Under the pieces are notes generated by a model. It did not search any database and was not told where the DNA came from. It was given only the letters and a program-made list of their open reading frames with translations. This document shows positions 1-13,548 of a DNA stretch of 64,000 nt, piece after piece. Each line of letters begins with the position of its first letter. Position 1 is the stretch's first letter. A program made the translations under genes and the position numbers. The stretch comes from Mobula hypostoma (Eukaryota). Location: NCBI RefSeq assembly GCF_963921235.1, contig NC_086108.1, forward strand, positions 62,436,001-62,500,000, in the 5' to 3' direction.

Positions 1-340
1 GGTGGTTGTGTCTGGGAGGAGGATGCTGCAGAAGCCGTGGAGCATTATGGACAATCCCTCCATGCATACTGGACAAACACAGGAGCACTTTTAGAATCAG
101 ACTGATTCCACCGAGGTGCACCACTGAACGCCACAGGAGATCCTTTCTCCCTGTGGCAATAAGATTCTACAATTCCTCAAGTGTATAAGTATATGGTTTC
201 ATTGCACATTTTGTACAAATGTTTGTATTTTTTTCATACCTCAATGCTTACATTTTGCATTTTAAAGTATATATTTCTGACTAAGCAACCTTGCTACAAT
301 AATTTCCATCCGGATAAATAATGTTTTATCTTATTTTATA
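1..340 (+). mobile_element. Rex1/Babar-clade LINE, 3' end fragment
   Basis: ORF tail RLIPPRCTTERHRRSFLPVAIRFYNSS matches the C-terminus of the copy at 31755-32102, followed by an AT-rich 3' UTR. Confidence 0.75.
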
Positions 341-431
341 TGATGTGCAAATGTCATTAAACAAAAATCAATATAAAGCTGGATACAAAGGATGGTTATC
401 GCTTCATACAAGTAGTTAATTAAAATCAATT

Positions 432-815
432 TGTTAATGATTTTAATAGGTCTCAATAGGTACATTTAATGTCAGAAACATGCATATAATACACATCCTG
501 AAATTCTTTTTCTTCGCAAGCATCCTCAAAAACAGAGGAGTGCCCCACAGAATGAATGACTTTTAAATGTTAGAACCCCAAACCCCCCAGCTCCCCCTCC
601 CACGTGTAAGCAGCAGCAAATGATGGAGCCCCTCCCCCACCAGCACTGCACCCTCCACAGAGTATGAAACGCGCAGCAAAGCATCAATTAAGACATATAC
701 TTGCAGTACCCCAAAGACTACTCGTTCACCCAGTAATTCGACATACCACAGGCTCTCTCGCTCCCTAATAAGAGGAAAAAAGGTGTCCCTGCTAATCACA
801 GCAACTTTGTGTTAC
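432..815 (-). repeat. Non-autonomous interspersed repeat with a LINE-type 3' tail
   Basis: Starts with tacatttaatgtcag...tacacatcctgaaattctttt, resembling the reverse-complemented Rex1/Babar tails at 24570 and 28860. No coding capacity. Confidence 0.4.
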
Positions 816-1084
816 TAAAGTTTGGTGCAATATATGTCAGAAAGACACTAAGTCGAATGGATGCCTAACTCATCTCTTGTGTGATGTTCTGATTTTAAAA
901 TATATGTTTACTTTACTTCCATGCAAAATTGTTTTGAACTTGCTGTTGGCATAGAGATTCTCAGTGGCAGGAATTCAGTGCAAAGGTACAGTATGGCATG
1001 GCTCATCATGTGCACAAAAATAAATTAGAAAAATGCAGGTCTCCTAATACCAATGCAATTGTCATGGAATTGAATTAGGAACCA

Positions 1085-1275
1085 AATTCCACACAGTACT
1101 AGCATGCAAGAGGCTCCTGGATAGGCGCATGAATGTGCAGAAAACAGAGGGTTATGGATTATTGCAGAAAGTGAAGAAGTTGATATAGTTAGGTATTTCA
1201 TTACTAGTTTACTTAGTTTGGTACAACATGGTGAGCTGAAAGGCCTGATGCAAAATTGTAATGTTCTATGTTCTA
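1085..1275 (+). mobile_element. CR1 (HER1-like) LINE 3' terminus
   Basis: ggtacaacatggtgagctgaaaggcctg...(GTTCTAT) tail, same type as the 3' end at 35980-36037. Confidence 0.7.
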
Positions 1276-2371
1276 CATTAATAATTTATGTCACATCACT
1301 CTGACATTGCAACTAAATTTAAATCAATTACAAAACTAGTAATTTAGGAACTTTCAAGAAAGACAATGTTGACAATTTCTTTATTCTAGATGAAGGGCAG
1401 AAGCGTGGAAGGATTTGCAGAATTATTTCGCCCAAAGACACCATGTCAGAAGCCGCCATAAGCTACCTATTGCGAGAGCTGAACCCAAAGCCATCTGAAA
1501 TAATAATGAAATGTACAGATTAGAATGTAAGTGAATGATTTTTGCTCTCTGTCTTTGCTGGAATACATATATCTTAAGGCTAATTCTTTTACCTCACTTC
1601 CTCCTTCCTTCATACTTGGGGAATCAAACCCAGTCAGTGCTTACAGATCTGCAGGAAAAGTAAATCCTAACACTGAAGTAGAGGACTTGCCTCACGAAAT
1701 GAAAACTCTGAAGCATTTCAAAGAAAAGAAAAATCACAGAGTTGTACCATAGCTGCTCTAATATCATGGCTTATCAGGGAACACAATATCTGGAGGTATT
1801 ATTAATTCCTAGAGTTTCTATTTTTCTTATTTTCTTTTCCGGTTTCATTTAAAGGATCTGTTTTCAATTAGCATTGGGTATTTCATGCTGCTTTCCCCTT
1901 ACAGAGCGCCCACTATTTTTTCACAAAAACCTTTATAAGTCATCTGAACCAGATGGTTCTTAAGCACATGCAGATTACTTTTTGTCAGTAGGTTTTGTTT
2001 GGTAATTGTAGAACCTCTGGGATTGCTGTTAACCCCACACAATGGGCTTTATTAGATCGGGGTGGGGGGCCATGGTTACAAATTTAAAACTGAAAAATGT
2101 AACCCTATTCTGATGTGTTGCACCTCTTGGGACACTTTAACATTTTATGACATTTAAATTAAGCTCCCACAATGTGATGACTACAGGTTTGAGCAGCCAG
2201 CTGCAGTGATGAAAAGAAAATCGACTTCCCCCCTCCACCTCGACCCTGGTTCTCAGCACCTCTGTGAATCCTGCTGGACTTGATTTTGGAGCCATGAATG
2301 ACTTCTTCTCCCCTTTTGCTTCCAACTCCTATGTACTAATCAGAGACTACAAGTCTCCTTCCCAGGTAATT

Positions 2372-2576
2372 CAATCACAAACAAGAGAAAATCTGCAGAA
2401 GCTGGAAATCCAGGCAACAGAAACAAAATGCTGGAGGAACTCAGCAGGCCAGGCAGCATCTAAGGAAAAGAGTACAGTCAACATTTCGGGCCGAAGGGTC
2501 TCGGCCTAAAACATCGACTGTACTCTTTTCCATAATACTGCCTGGCCTGCTGAGTTCCTACAGCATTTTGTGTGTG
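2372..2576. mobile_element. Fold-back (inverted pseudo-LTR) Penelope-like derivative
   Basis: Arms aaaatgctggaggaactcagcaggccaggcagcat / ctgcctggcctgctgagttcc...cagcatttt are inverted copies of the Penelope 3' end at 47381-47478. Flanking repeat ttcccaggtaatt (2359-2371) / ttcccaagtgatt (2577-2589). Confidence 0.8.
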
Positions 2577-2594
2577 TTCCCAAGTGATTGGTAC

Positions 2595-3150
2595 GTTCTG
2601 AGGCTTTATAAGGTATTAGTTAGACCACATTTGGTCTGATCAATTTGCAAGCAGCTTTAGGCCCCATATCTAAGAAAGTACGTGCTGACATTGGAGAGGG
2701 TCCAGAGGAGGTTCTCAAGAATGTTACTGGGAATGAGAGGGTCAACCTATGAGGAACATTTAATATCACTGGGCCTATACTCACTAGAATTTAGAAAAAT
2801 GTATATTGAAAGGCCCAGATAGATTGGATGTGGAGAGAATGTTTCTAATTGTGGGGTAAGTCTAGGACCAGAGGGCACAGCCTCAGAATAGAAGGATTTA
2901 GTACTGAGTTGCAGAGGATTTTCTGTAGCCGAAGGGTGGTGAATCTGTGGAACTGATTGCCACAGGCAGCTGGATATATTTAAGGTGGAGGTTGATAGGT
3001 TTTTGATTAGTAAGACTGTCAAAGGTTATGGGAGAAAACAGTAAAATGGCGTTGAGAGGGGAAATGTGTCCGCCATGGTCGAGTAGCAGAGCAGACTCGA
3101 TGGGCTGAACAGCCTAATCCTGCTCCTGTGTCTTATGATCTTGTGTCTTA
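2595..3150 (+). mobile_element. CR1 LINE 3' fragment, degenerate
   Basis: LYKVLVRPH...LERVQRRF remnants and 3' end gactcgatgggctgaacagcctaatcctgctcctgtgtcttatgatctt. Confidence 0.85.
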
Positions 3151-3679
3151 TAATTCTCAGCATCCTTACTTTCAATGATCACTGCAAATGATCCTGGCAG
3201 CCTTCAGACCTCTCCCACAGGATTTTACAGACTGGCAGCAAGCCAAAAGGGAAGCAAGATTAAGAACCCATAGAGGCCCAGTTGTTAAATCTGGACCTCT
3301 GCAATTTCCAGCTTTGCTGACCTCTTTCTCACTACCCTGGTCCCACATGCTTCTTCATAAGTATCAGGGTGTTTGTATCTGACTAGGCCGAATATTTCCT
3401 CATTTAATCCATGAATTATTTTCTATCTGTGGGGTAAAACTTCGTCTTGGTCAGTTCTGCAGCTGATGTGGTGATGTTGCACAACTGACCACATCCCCAC
3501 TAGATGCCCATGTGATGAGCCTTCATTTCAATACCATGCAGATGGGAGTAAGAGAACGAACACAAGAATGCGATGTGTAGAAGAATAAATTATTCAAAAT
3601 GTACTTCCTTTGGTAAGCTAAGTTACACCACTTGCTGGCTTTTTGTAAAAGGCAGATTTACTGCCCAATCTTTCAGTGA

Positions 3680-3945
3680 TGCAGGAACTCAGCAGGCCAG
3701 GCAACATCTATGGTGGGGAATAAACAGCTGAAGTTTCAGCCTGAGTCCCTTCATCAAGACTGGAAAGGAAGGGGCAAGAAATCCCACCTTCTTATTCCGG
3801 CTTCTTCTCCCTTCCTTTCCAGCCCCGATGAAGGGTGTCAGCTTAAAACATCGATTGTTTCTTCCTCACCATTGATGCTGCCTGACCTGCTGAGTTCTTC
3901 CAGTAACTTGTGAGTGTTCCAGTATCTGCAGGATCTACTATTTAT
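3680..3945. mobile_element. Fold-back Penelope-like derivative
   Basis: ggaactcagcaggccaggcaacatc ... gatgctgcctgacctgctgagttc inverted arms with degenerate hammerhead cores. Confidence 0.75.
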
Positions 3946-4939
3946 GTGTGATTTGTTTTTACTGTTTGGACTACTGTGCTGGACTTTCAGAACCTGGCTT
4001 TTACAAAGAAGTACAAGAGTAAAATTGTTTCAAGCAAATAAAATCCTGTATGAAAACCAACTCCTCAATTAAAAAGCTTGCCCTGTGCATTATTTTGAGC
4101 ATTTTTGATTTACCTTGGCACAGTTAAGGGTTGATAGGGTGGGATGTAAGCAAGGTGTCTGATAAAATAATCCAATGACCCTCATATCCCCTGTATAATT
4201 GCAGTAAGAACTGGGCTCACGTCCTCTGTATTGCTCAGCTAATTAACCTGCACACACGGCAGAGAGCAAGTACATGCCACGGTGTCAGATTGCTTTCAAA
4301 ATAAAATGATCCTAAGCTATTATTTCTCCCCCTCCTTGCCCTGAGGACTAAACTCTAGACACTAGCCATTCCCAAGGAGAGAATTTTAAAAACAAATTTG
4401 AACGGTGTGTTGTTGAGGAAAATATTCTAACTGGCATCTTTGCCAGTATGGAATGCAGAAGATATGAGATTACTGCTCACCTGCCTTCATATATATAGAA
4501 TCTTTTCCAGCACGAATATTTTTTATTTCAAACCTGAACTTATTCAAAATAAAAAAGGTAGACAAAAGAAGAAACTCTGCAAAAAAATCTTTTACATTCA
4601 TTGCCATTACATTCAGTAGTGTAAACTTTTTTCTTCAATAAACAAACATAGCACAAACAACTTTTATTGCCCCCACCCTCCAGAGGCGCTATGTTCTTTT
4701 CAAAGTTTGAGGGACTTCTGCATCTAAATTCTGCCTTTTCATGCACATGCAAAAGGATTGATTCTAGATTGCCGTCCCTCCCCACAGAGATTTAGCATTG
4801 GTAGCACCAAGTTTCAGTGCGTCCCTCAGCTTCTGGAGACGTAGTCTTGTCCTACATCTGTTCCTTCAACCTGAAACAACTGGCAGTGAAATGCCAACTG
4901 TTCCAGCTTCTACAGGCATTCTCTGCCCTCATCCTGACT

Positions 4940-7145
4940 GCAGTCTACTTCTCATCGCAGGCAGACATCTAGCTAGCACATTGGAACAAAGTCCGGTGAT
5001 CAACAAGAATGAAGCAGCATATTCCGACACTTGTCAGATCATGCTGGGAGACTTTAATCAAGCAGGATTAGAAAAATCTCATCCTAACTACTATCAATGC
5101 ATCACCTGCAAAACTAGAAGATTTACCACACTCATCCACTGCTACACCACCATCAGGAATGCCTACCGCTTCATCCCTCACCCACGCTTTGGCAAATTTG
5201 ACCACTTGGCTGTACCTCTTCTGCTTGTATATACAGACTGAAGAGTGTGGTCTGGTAAAGAAGACTTTGAAAGGCTAGATGCCAGGAATAGAGGATTGAA
5301 TTTGGGATTGTTTCAAGACAATGGATTGGACTGTGTTCAACAATTGTTTTAAATAAATATGCTGAAGTTGTTGCTGAATTCATAAGGACAGGTGTGGATG
5401 AGTGTGTACCCAACCAACATTCCAAGTCTTCCCAATTTGAGATTGGGTAGCATAAGTGACAGGGCACCAAGATGAAGTCAATGCATTTTATGTGCTCTTG
5501 ATGGGGTGAACTATGGCACACTCATACATCTCTAGATGACCCTGTGATCTCTGTCTCTGGAGATGATGTCCAGGCATCCTTCAAGAGGGTGAATCCACCA
5601 AGGGCATATCTAAACAAGTATTAACATCTGTGCAGACCGACTGGCTGGAGTATCTACGTACAAAGTCAATCTCTCGTTTCTACACTCCAAAGTTCCCACT
5701 TGCTTCAAAAAGGCAACTGCTGTACTGATGGCCAGGAAGAGCATGGTGACCTGCCTCAGTTACTGCCATCTGGTAGCACTTACATCAACCATGATGAAGT
5801 GCTTTAGGGGTTGGTTATGATGCAGATCAACTTCTGTCTCAGAGGTGACCAAGATCCTCTGCAATTTGTCTACAACCACAATAGGTCAATAGCAGATGCA
5901 AGTTCCGCTGGTTCTTCACTCTACTCCAGACTGTATGGACAACAGAAACTCATATGTCAGGCTGCTGTTTATCAACCACAGTTCAGTGTTCAACACTATC
6001 ATCCCACCCAAACTTATCATCATCGATCTTCAAACTCAAGCTTCTGTGCTTCCTTCTGCAACTGGATACTTTACTTTCTCAACAGCAGACTTCAGGTAAT
6101 GAGAATTGGTAACATCTCCTCCTTGCCGGTCGGCGACACAGGTACATTTCAAGGTTGCATGTTTAGGCCCGTACTCTCTTCTCTATACATAAATGGCTGT
6201 GTGGCTTTGCATTATCTCCAAAGTCATCTTCAAAGTCACTGAGAACACTTCTACTGTTGGATGAATCACAGGTGGTGTTGAGTTGCCTTCATGAGTGAGA
6301 TAGCATAGCTGGTCAAGTGATGCCAGAACAACAATCTCTTGCTCATTGTCCACAAAGCTAAAGAGCTGACTGCTGACTGAAGGAAGGTGAAGGAGGACGA
6401 TCATGTATCAGTCTACATTGAAGGATCAGTGATGAAGAAAGCCAGCAGCATTAAACTCCTGGATGTTAGCATATTAGACAACCTGTCCTGGGTCCAGCAC
6501 ATAGAGGCAATCATAAGGAAAGTTCACCAGTGCCTTTACTTCCTAAGGAGATTTAGCAAGTGAGGCTTGTCACCGAATACTCTAACGGACATCTATAGAT
6601 GTACTGTTGACAGTATCCTGGCTGGTTGCATTATACTCTGGTATGGTAATTTGAATGTTCAGGAATGCAAGAAGCTGCAAAGAGAAGTGGATTCTGCCCA
6701 ATACATCTCTGGCATGTTCCTCCCCACCATTGGTAGTGTCTACATGAGGCACAGCCTCAAGAAAGCAATATCCATCATTGAACGTCCCTACCATCTGGGC
6801 CATCTTTTTCAACTATCATCAGGCAGAAGTACAGAAGGCTGAAGTTCCACACCACTAGTTTCAAGAACAGCTTCTATCCTTCAGTCATTCAGTTGTTGAA
6901 CCAGCCAGAAAAACCCTAATCACCAGTACAATTTTAACAACATCAGTCTTATCACCTCACACTAAAATGGACTTCTTTTTCACTTTAATTGTGTGCTTTT
7001 TTGGTAAAAATTGTGTCTAATTTATGTTTAATGAATGCTTTTCTTGTAAATGCTGCTTATATGATGTTCTGCACCTTTGATGCTGCTCCAAGAAAGTTTT
7101 TCATTGCACTTGCGCGTATATATGTACATGTACTTATAACAAAAA
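4940..7145 (+). mobile_element. Rex1/Babar-clade LINE, degenerate ORF (APE-RT-C-terminal domain)
   Basis: Frameshifted fragments LGDFNQA, GKFDHLAVPLL, DPLQFVY, YVRLLFINHSSVFNTIIP, QGC, LTDIYRCTVDSILAGCIILWYG. Confidence 0.88.
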
Positions 7146-8349
7146 ACTCAAAATACTCCTGGAGCCAGGACTGTACCAGTGTGCAGCATTCCCTTACAGA
7201 CATCCAGTAAACCCAAAAAATCCCAGAAAACTTGTTGAGACGGTGGATGGATAGCAGGACCGTCAAAGTGGACAAAGCACTTTTTGGTGAGGCTGAGTTA
7301 GCTATGCTTCCCGCCCTTTTAATCATTATCTAGTGACTGCTGCCTGAAGGCATAATTACACTGTTTATGAAGAGGTGATCTTGTTCTGCACTGCACTCCT
7401 GACAGAGCCTTGCCTGTGAAGGTAGGGAAGGGAAAAACCTGGTAATGTAATGTAATTTTCATTTCAATATTCTGGTTGATGAGTGGAAGCTGACATTGTT
7501 ACAGGCTGCTTTGCACCTGGTATTAGGGCATTCCCATCCAAATGAGCATCATATATTGTGAATAGAGTATTCCTGACTTGACATCGGAAAGTCTTATTTT
7601 TGAGTTGATCTAAGCTCTTGATGCAATCTCAGACTCCCCAGTGCCAAAGTAGTTTCTGTCTACTCTATCACCCCTCTAAATATATAATTTCCAGAAAAAT
7701 ACAGTAGTCTAATATAGTTACTTTCAGCATAAGCACTTTCACATGATTTATCTGTTTATTCATTTACATAACTTACAGTCATTTTCATGACTTGCACTGT
7801 ACTGCAGCCACAAAACAACAAATTTCAGTGATAATAAACGTGATTCTTATTCTGAATCCAGAACTTTCATCCTCAGTCTGTAACATCTGATATAGCAGTA
7901 GCTGGTTCTGAAATTTACCTCTGTTAACTTCAAAGTAACTGAATATTGGAAATGAGATATAATAATCAAGCTCTATTATGAATGAATGTTTCATGTTTGC
8001 AAAAGAAAATAAATTTTAAGGTGATCATCTGTGTGACCCCTGAGCTCAGCCAATTTCTTGGTCAGGTGATAATGTGTCTTCAAATCCATGAACTCTGAAC
8101 ATATTTTCTATGTGGCCATCTCCCAATGTCTGCTGGAAGTCTGTAATAATGACACTGATTGTTGTCCCATTATATACAGTATATCATGGAAGACTTACTC
8201 TTTATATATCACTGCTAAGTTTCATGCTCACATTATCCTTAATAATAAACTAATATTTTTCCCGATGTTAACCTAACTCCTCCAAATTTCCATAGTTTCC
8301 ATCATATATATTAGCATAACATTCTCCATTTTCAAATTTAAAGTAACAT

Positions 8350-9021
8350 TTGATTGGGGACTTCTTCATCAAGCATTTTTGCTCCATCTGTGTAACAGCC
8401 AGGATCCTGGGTGGCCACTCATTTTAATTCCACTACAGGTGGAATTACACCTATACAGACATACAGACATTCCTGTCTATGGCCTCTCCTACTGCCAAGT
8501 TAAGACTAGATGCCAATTAGAGGGTCAACACCTCATATCTGTTTTGGGGGTCTTGAACCTGATGGTATCAATGTCGATTTCCTTAACTTCTTTGTTGCTC
8601 CCTTCCACCTTAGTTTTATTTCATTCATTCCTCATTCCTTTATTTTCCCCTCCCTCTCCCTCCCAACCTGCCCATCACCCACACCTTCCTTTCTCTGGTT
8701 CCCCACCTTCTCCTCTGTCCTCTCCAATCAGATTCCATCATGTTCAGCCCTTTGCCTCTCCTATCACTTTGCACCTTCCCACATCACTCCCACTTTCTGC
8801 CTCCACCGACCTATCTACCTTCTCCCCTCATCTGAATTCACCTATCACCTCCCAACTTGTGCAGTTCCCCCTCCTACCATCCCTTATCCAGGTTAAAGGG
8901 TTCCTGAAGTGTTAAAGGGTTGCAGTCCGGATGAAGGGTTTCACTGTAAAGCACTGATTGCTCATTTCCCTCCATTGATGCTGCCTTGCCTGCTGAGTTC
9001 CCCTAGCATTTATTGTGTGTT
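8350..9021 (+). mobile_element. Penelope-like element 3' part (GIY-YIG end, pyrimidine-rich UTR, pseudo-LTR)
   Basis: VYGLSYCQ...LEGQHLI, LEPDGINVDFLNF, homologous to 48526-48915. Confidence 0.8.
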
Positions 9022-9270
9022 GGTCAATACTTATGCCATTGGGTTTTAGATGTCCCTGGTCGAATATAAGGTGCTGTTCTTCCAGTTTGTTTATGGGCTT
9101 CATCCTGGCAGTAGAAGAGGCCAAGGATAGACAGGTCAGTGTAGGAATGGGAAGGGGAGTTGAAATTGTCTGCAACTGGGATCTCAGGATAGCCATTGTG
9201 GACAATGTGTAGGTGTATGTGAAATGGTCACTGAGTCAGCACTTAGAATTGCCGATGTAGAGGAGTCTAT
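9022..9270 (-). mobile_element. Penelope-like GIY-YIG fragment, tail-to-tail with the previous copy
   Basis: KLEEQHLIFDQGHLKPNGISID on the minus strand. Confidence 0.8.
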
Positions 9271-10368
9271 TTGAACTCTCTGGATTTCTTGTTTAGTAAC
9301 AAAACCTTTTACGCCAAGACCTGCAATCTTTCAGTTAGCCAGGAAATCAGAATTATCCTATTGACACATACTTTAAGATGTTTCCTGAGTCTTTAGAAGT
9401 TTGTGTGACCTGTCACTTACATCAATATATTAACACAGTTAATTGTGTTCTATATTTGCCTCGTTTATCCTGTCAAGCAGATTTGGAGGCTGTCAGCAGC
9501 ACTGGAACAGCTGCATACACACAGGATTAGTGCAGTTATAATTCACAGGGTGATCCATAGAAACCAACAATGTGAATAATTTTAGCACATCCCAGGACAG
9601 GTCAACACGGCAGCTCCAATAACAACCATTACCTTTTGCCCCAGAGAAATGCCGACTACCTCACTTATATCCAAGCACAGCCACCAGTTACTGGCTGCAT
9701 TTTAATTGTGATAAGGAAAAGATTCAGCTCTGTTGCATGAAAGGGTAACAAATGCTACGTTGCAATAATATACAAATTAATCAAGATCATCGCCCAAAAC
9801 TTACTTAACCTGATGTGCTCTTCAATTAGATGGTATCTTCCTTAAATAATTTAACTGACATTGCTATGGGAACGGAATCAATAAATTTTCCATGTTACCT
9901 CATATATTTTACTGAAATGCCAGAAGATAAATTCTTATAGATATATACGATAGTTGTGGTATCAGTTCTTGAAAGGGAGATTTTGTTTGAAGTTATGCTT
10001 GGCATGCAGTTTCAACTGTTAAAGGCTACTGTGGCATCTTTGCAAAGACAGCAGTAACTGGATACCCTGATCACACATGCTCAAGGCAAATTCTGATGGT
10101 TTGGCAGGACTCCAGAGTAAACACTGTAGATTTCTACAAAGAACTCCAGAGATGTGTGATCTGTGCCAGACTGTCATTAGTTCTGGATAGATGAGAGCTT
10201 TGGGTGGTCAAGGATGAATTGGGCAGGATTTGAGGTTGGACAGGTATTGTTCAGTTTTGTTAATTGTCCTTCTGGTATAAGGAGAAGATTTTCAGAAACT
10301 TTGCTGGGGAGTCATTTGGTTATTAAATCACTGGTGGCAATTGTAAAGCAACACAGAAGTAAATGAGG

Positions 10369-10585
10369 TAAGTAACACACACAAAATGCTGGATGAACTC
10401 ACAGGACAGCCAGGATCAATGGAAAGGAATGCAGTTGACATTTTGGGCTGAGATTCTTCATCAGGCCTGATGAAGGTTCTCAGCCTGGAATGTCCACTCT
10501 TTATTCCTTGCCTGATATGCTGAGTTCCTCCAGAATTTTATGTGAGTTACTCTGAATTTCCAACCTCTGCAGAATCCCTTGTACT
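10369..10585. mobile_element. Palindromic Penelope-like derivative (two pseudo-LTR ends head to head)
   Basis: Perfect 20-bp centre CTTCATCAGG|CCTGATGAAG (10456-10475), inverted arms, TSD-like AGTAAATGAGG (10358-10368) / AGTAAGTGAGG (10586-10596). Confidence 0.8.
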
Positions 10586-11804
10586 AGTAAGTGAGGAGAC
10601 ACTCTGTACTTGCAAATTTATTATGAATTCATGTAAATTTCACAAACACAGGAAATTCCTAATTAGGTTTTTCTTCCTAATCCAGTATCTCTGAAGACTT
10701 CCAAGGTGTATCTCTGAGCCATCATCTCTTCCCCACCACATTTTATATCTTGGCAAAATCACCTGGAGATGGGATTGAAATCTATAGGAAAGCTGTTAGC
10801 ACTCAGCTATTCTTACCCACCGTCACTCTAAACACATCCATTGGCTCTGCACTGTTACACAACTGTACAATGCCAGTTAAACAAGAAATTTCAATTTTAT
10901 TATCTTCAACCCCCACACGAGTACCCCCTCTCCACGGATTTGATCTCCCTTTCCAGCCATTAATTCAGTCTCCACTACTCAATTTGCATTTGTGGCATTC
11001 TATTTGAACTGCAGTTTAATATCTAATCCCAAATCTCACACTTCCCTCTTTGAGTGAAGAAGGGCTACATGGTAGTTTTTATTATGTGTGAAATCACAAT
11101 GTGAGTATCAGAGCCTAGTTATCATGATTATTGATGATGTAGAAAGAAGGGTTTGTGTTTCAATCTTTCAAGTAATACCATCCGAACTTCTGGATACAGT
11201 TACAGAGCTGTAATTCAGTCCCCTGAGTCTATCAATTTGAGCTCAGGGTCATGAAGTGCATGAGTATGCCACAGAATCCGAAGAATCCAGTACTCAAGTA
11301 GTTAACTGATTCTGTGCAAGGCTCTGGCTGTCTGCTGTGGATTCAATGTTAGTGGCATTAGGGCTGTTGAAGGACAGTTTCTGTTCAAAAGGAAAACATT
11401 AGGGACTTTCCATAACTCTACAGTCAAAGTGCCTGTGTGCATCTGTCTGTGTAGGTAATTGTGTGGGAAGGCAAATGTTTTGCTCAGTATACAAAGTGAC
11501 CTTGAAAGGCGCATGAGAGAAGAAAATTGGAGACAATAAGTGCCTACGAGTTTCTGGTTAATGTAGTACTCTGCTATTTCCATATCCATCATTACTTAGT
11601 ATTTGAGAAGCAGCTTGGGGCAAAATTTATAATAAATACTTCTAAGGTCTAAAATGTTAATATTACAAAATTAATGCTTTTTCATTCTAGACATCCAGTG
11701 ACTGGAAGAGCTGCTTTTAGATCAAGTAGGTAAATGACAAATATCATAAAAGCTCACCTATAGAGTTGCAGCAATGTACAGATTGATAGTGTTATATGAA
11801 ATTC

Positions 11805-11940
11805 CAATAACTGCAGATACGGAAAACCTGAAATAAAAGCACAAAATGGTGGAAACACTCAGCAGGTCAGGCAACATTTGTGGAAAGAAAAAAAAGTTAA
11901 AGTTTCAGATCAAAGATATTTTCTCAAAACTGGAAAAGAA
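11805..11940 (-). mobile_element. Penelope-like pseudo-LTR remnant
   Basis: actgcagat...aaaatggtggaaacactcagcaggtcaggcaacatttgtgg. Confidence 0.6.
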
Positions 11941-13548
11941 AGCTTGCCAATAATACAAGAGGATACCAAAAGTTTTTTTTAAACAGATATATACAGTAAA
12001 GAGTAAAAGACAGGTAGATATTGGACAGCTGGGAAATGATGCTGGTGAGGTAGTAATGGGAGACAAAAAATGGTGGACAAATGTAATATGTACTTTGCTG
12101 TAGAAGACACTAGCAGTATGCCAAAAATTTGAGAGTGTCAGGGGGTGGAAATGAGTATAGTTGCTCTTACTAGGAAGAATGTGCTTGGGAAGCTGAAAGG
12201 TCTGAAGGTAAATAACTCACCTGGTCAGATGAACTGCCCCACTGGGTTCTGAACAAGTTAGCTGAAGAGATTGAGTAGGCATTAGTAATGATCTTTCAAG
12301 AATCACTAGATTCAGAAATGATTCCAGAGGACTGAAAAATTGCAAATAGAACTCTACTCTTTAAGAAGGGAGGGAGGCAACAGACAGGAAATTATAGGCC
12401 AGTTAGCGGACTCCAGTGGTAGGTGAGATGTTATAGTCCATTATTAAGTGTGATGTTTTGGGGCACCTGGAGGCACACAGGTTGAAGTCAACATGGTTTC
12501 CTTAAGGGGAAGTGTTTGCCTGACAAATATGTTGGAACTTGAGGAAGTAACAGATAGGATAGACAAAGGAGAGTCAGTTGATGATTTTCAGAAGGCCTTT
12601 GACAAGATACCATGCATGTGGCTGCTAAAGAAAATAAGGGCCCATGATATTACAGGAAAGATGCTAGCATGGATAGAAGATTGCTTGACTGATAGGAAGC
12701 AAAGTGTAGGAATAAAGGGAGCAGGTGACTAGTGGTTTTCTGCTGGGATTGGTGCTGGGACCGTTTCTTTTCAGATTACACCTCAGTCATTTAGATGATG
12801 GAATTGATAGCCTTTTAGCCAAATTTGCAGACAATACAAAGCTGGATGGATGAGCAAGTGTTGATGAAGGTTGAGTCAGTGGCAAGGAAGGCAAATGGAA
12901 TGTTAGCATTTATTTCAAGAGAACTAGAATATAAAAGCAAAGGTGTAATGATTAGACTTTATAAGGCCTTGGTCATACCGCACTGAGTATTGTGAGCGCT
13001 TTTGGGCCCATTATCTAAGAAAGGATGTGCTGGCGCTGGAGAGGGTCCAGAAGAGTTGTATGCGATTGATCCCGGGAATACAAGGGTTAACATACATATG
13101 AGGAGCATTTGTTGGCTCTAGGCCTGTACTTGCTTTAGCTTAGAAGAATGAGTGGGGGGAAGGATGATCTCATTCAAACCTATCCAATAGTGAAAGGCCA
13201 AGAATAAGTGGATGTGGAGAGGATGTTTCCTACAGTGGAGAGTCTAGGCCTAGAGGGCACAGCCTCAGAACAGAAGAACATCCCTTTAGAACAGAGTTGA
13301 TGAGATATGCATTTGGTCAGAGAGTGGTGAATCTGTGGAATTCATTGCTACAGATGACTGTGGAGGCCCAGTCACTAGATATATTTAAAGCAGAGATTAT
13401 TGATTAATGTAGGTGCCACATATTATGGGGTGAGGGCAGGAGATTGGGGTTGAGAGAGGTTCTGATTCAAATATATCAGCCATGATGAAATGGTGCAACA
13501 GACTTGATGGGTCGAATGGCCTAATTCTGCTCCCATGTCTTATGGTCA
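11941..13548 (+). mobile_element. CR1 LINE, 5'-truncated and degenerate, with an internal deletion
   Basis: DFQKAFDKIP, KFADNTKL and RVVNLWNSL remnants, (CTTATGGT)-type 3' end. Same family as 19193-21437. Confidence 0.88.

Noticed and set aside
2372..2576. DNA-transposon MITE or pre-miRNA
   Set aside because: The arms are inverted copies of the Penelope pseudo-LTR found in coding elements in this window.
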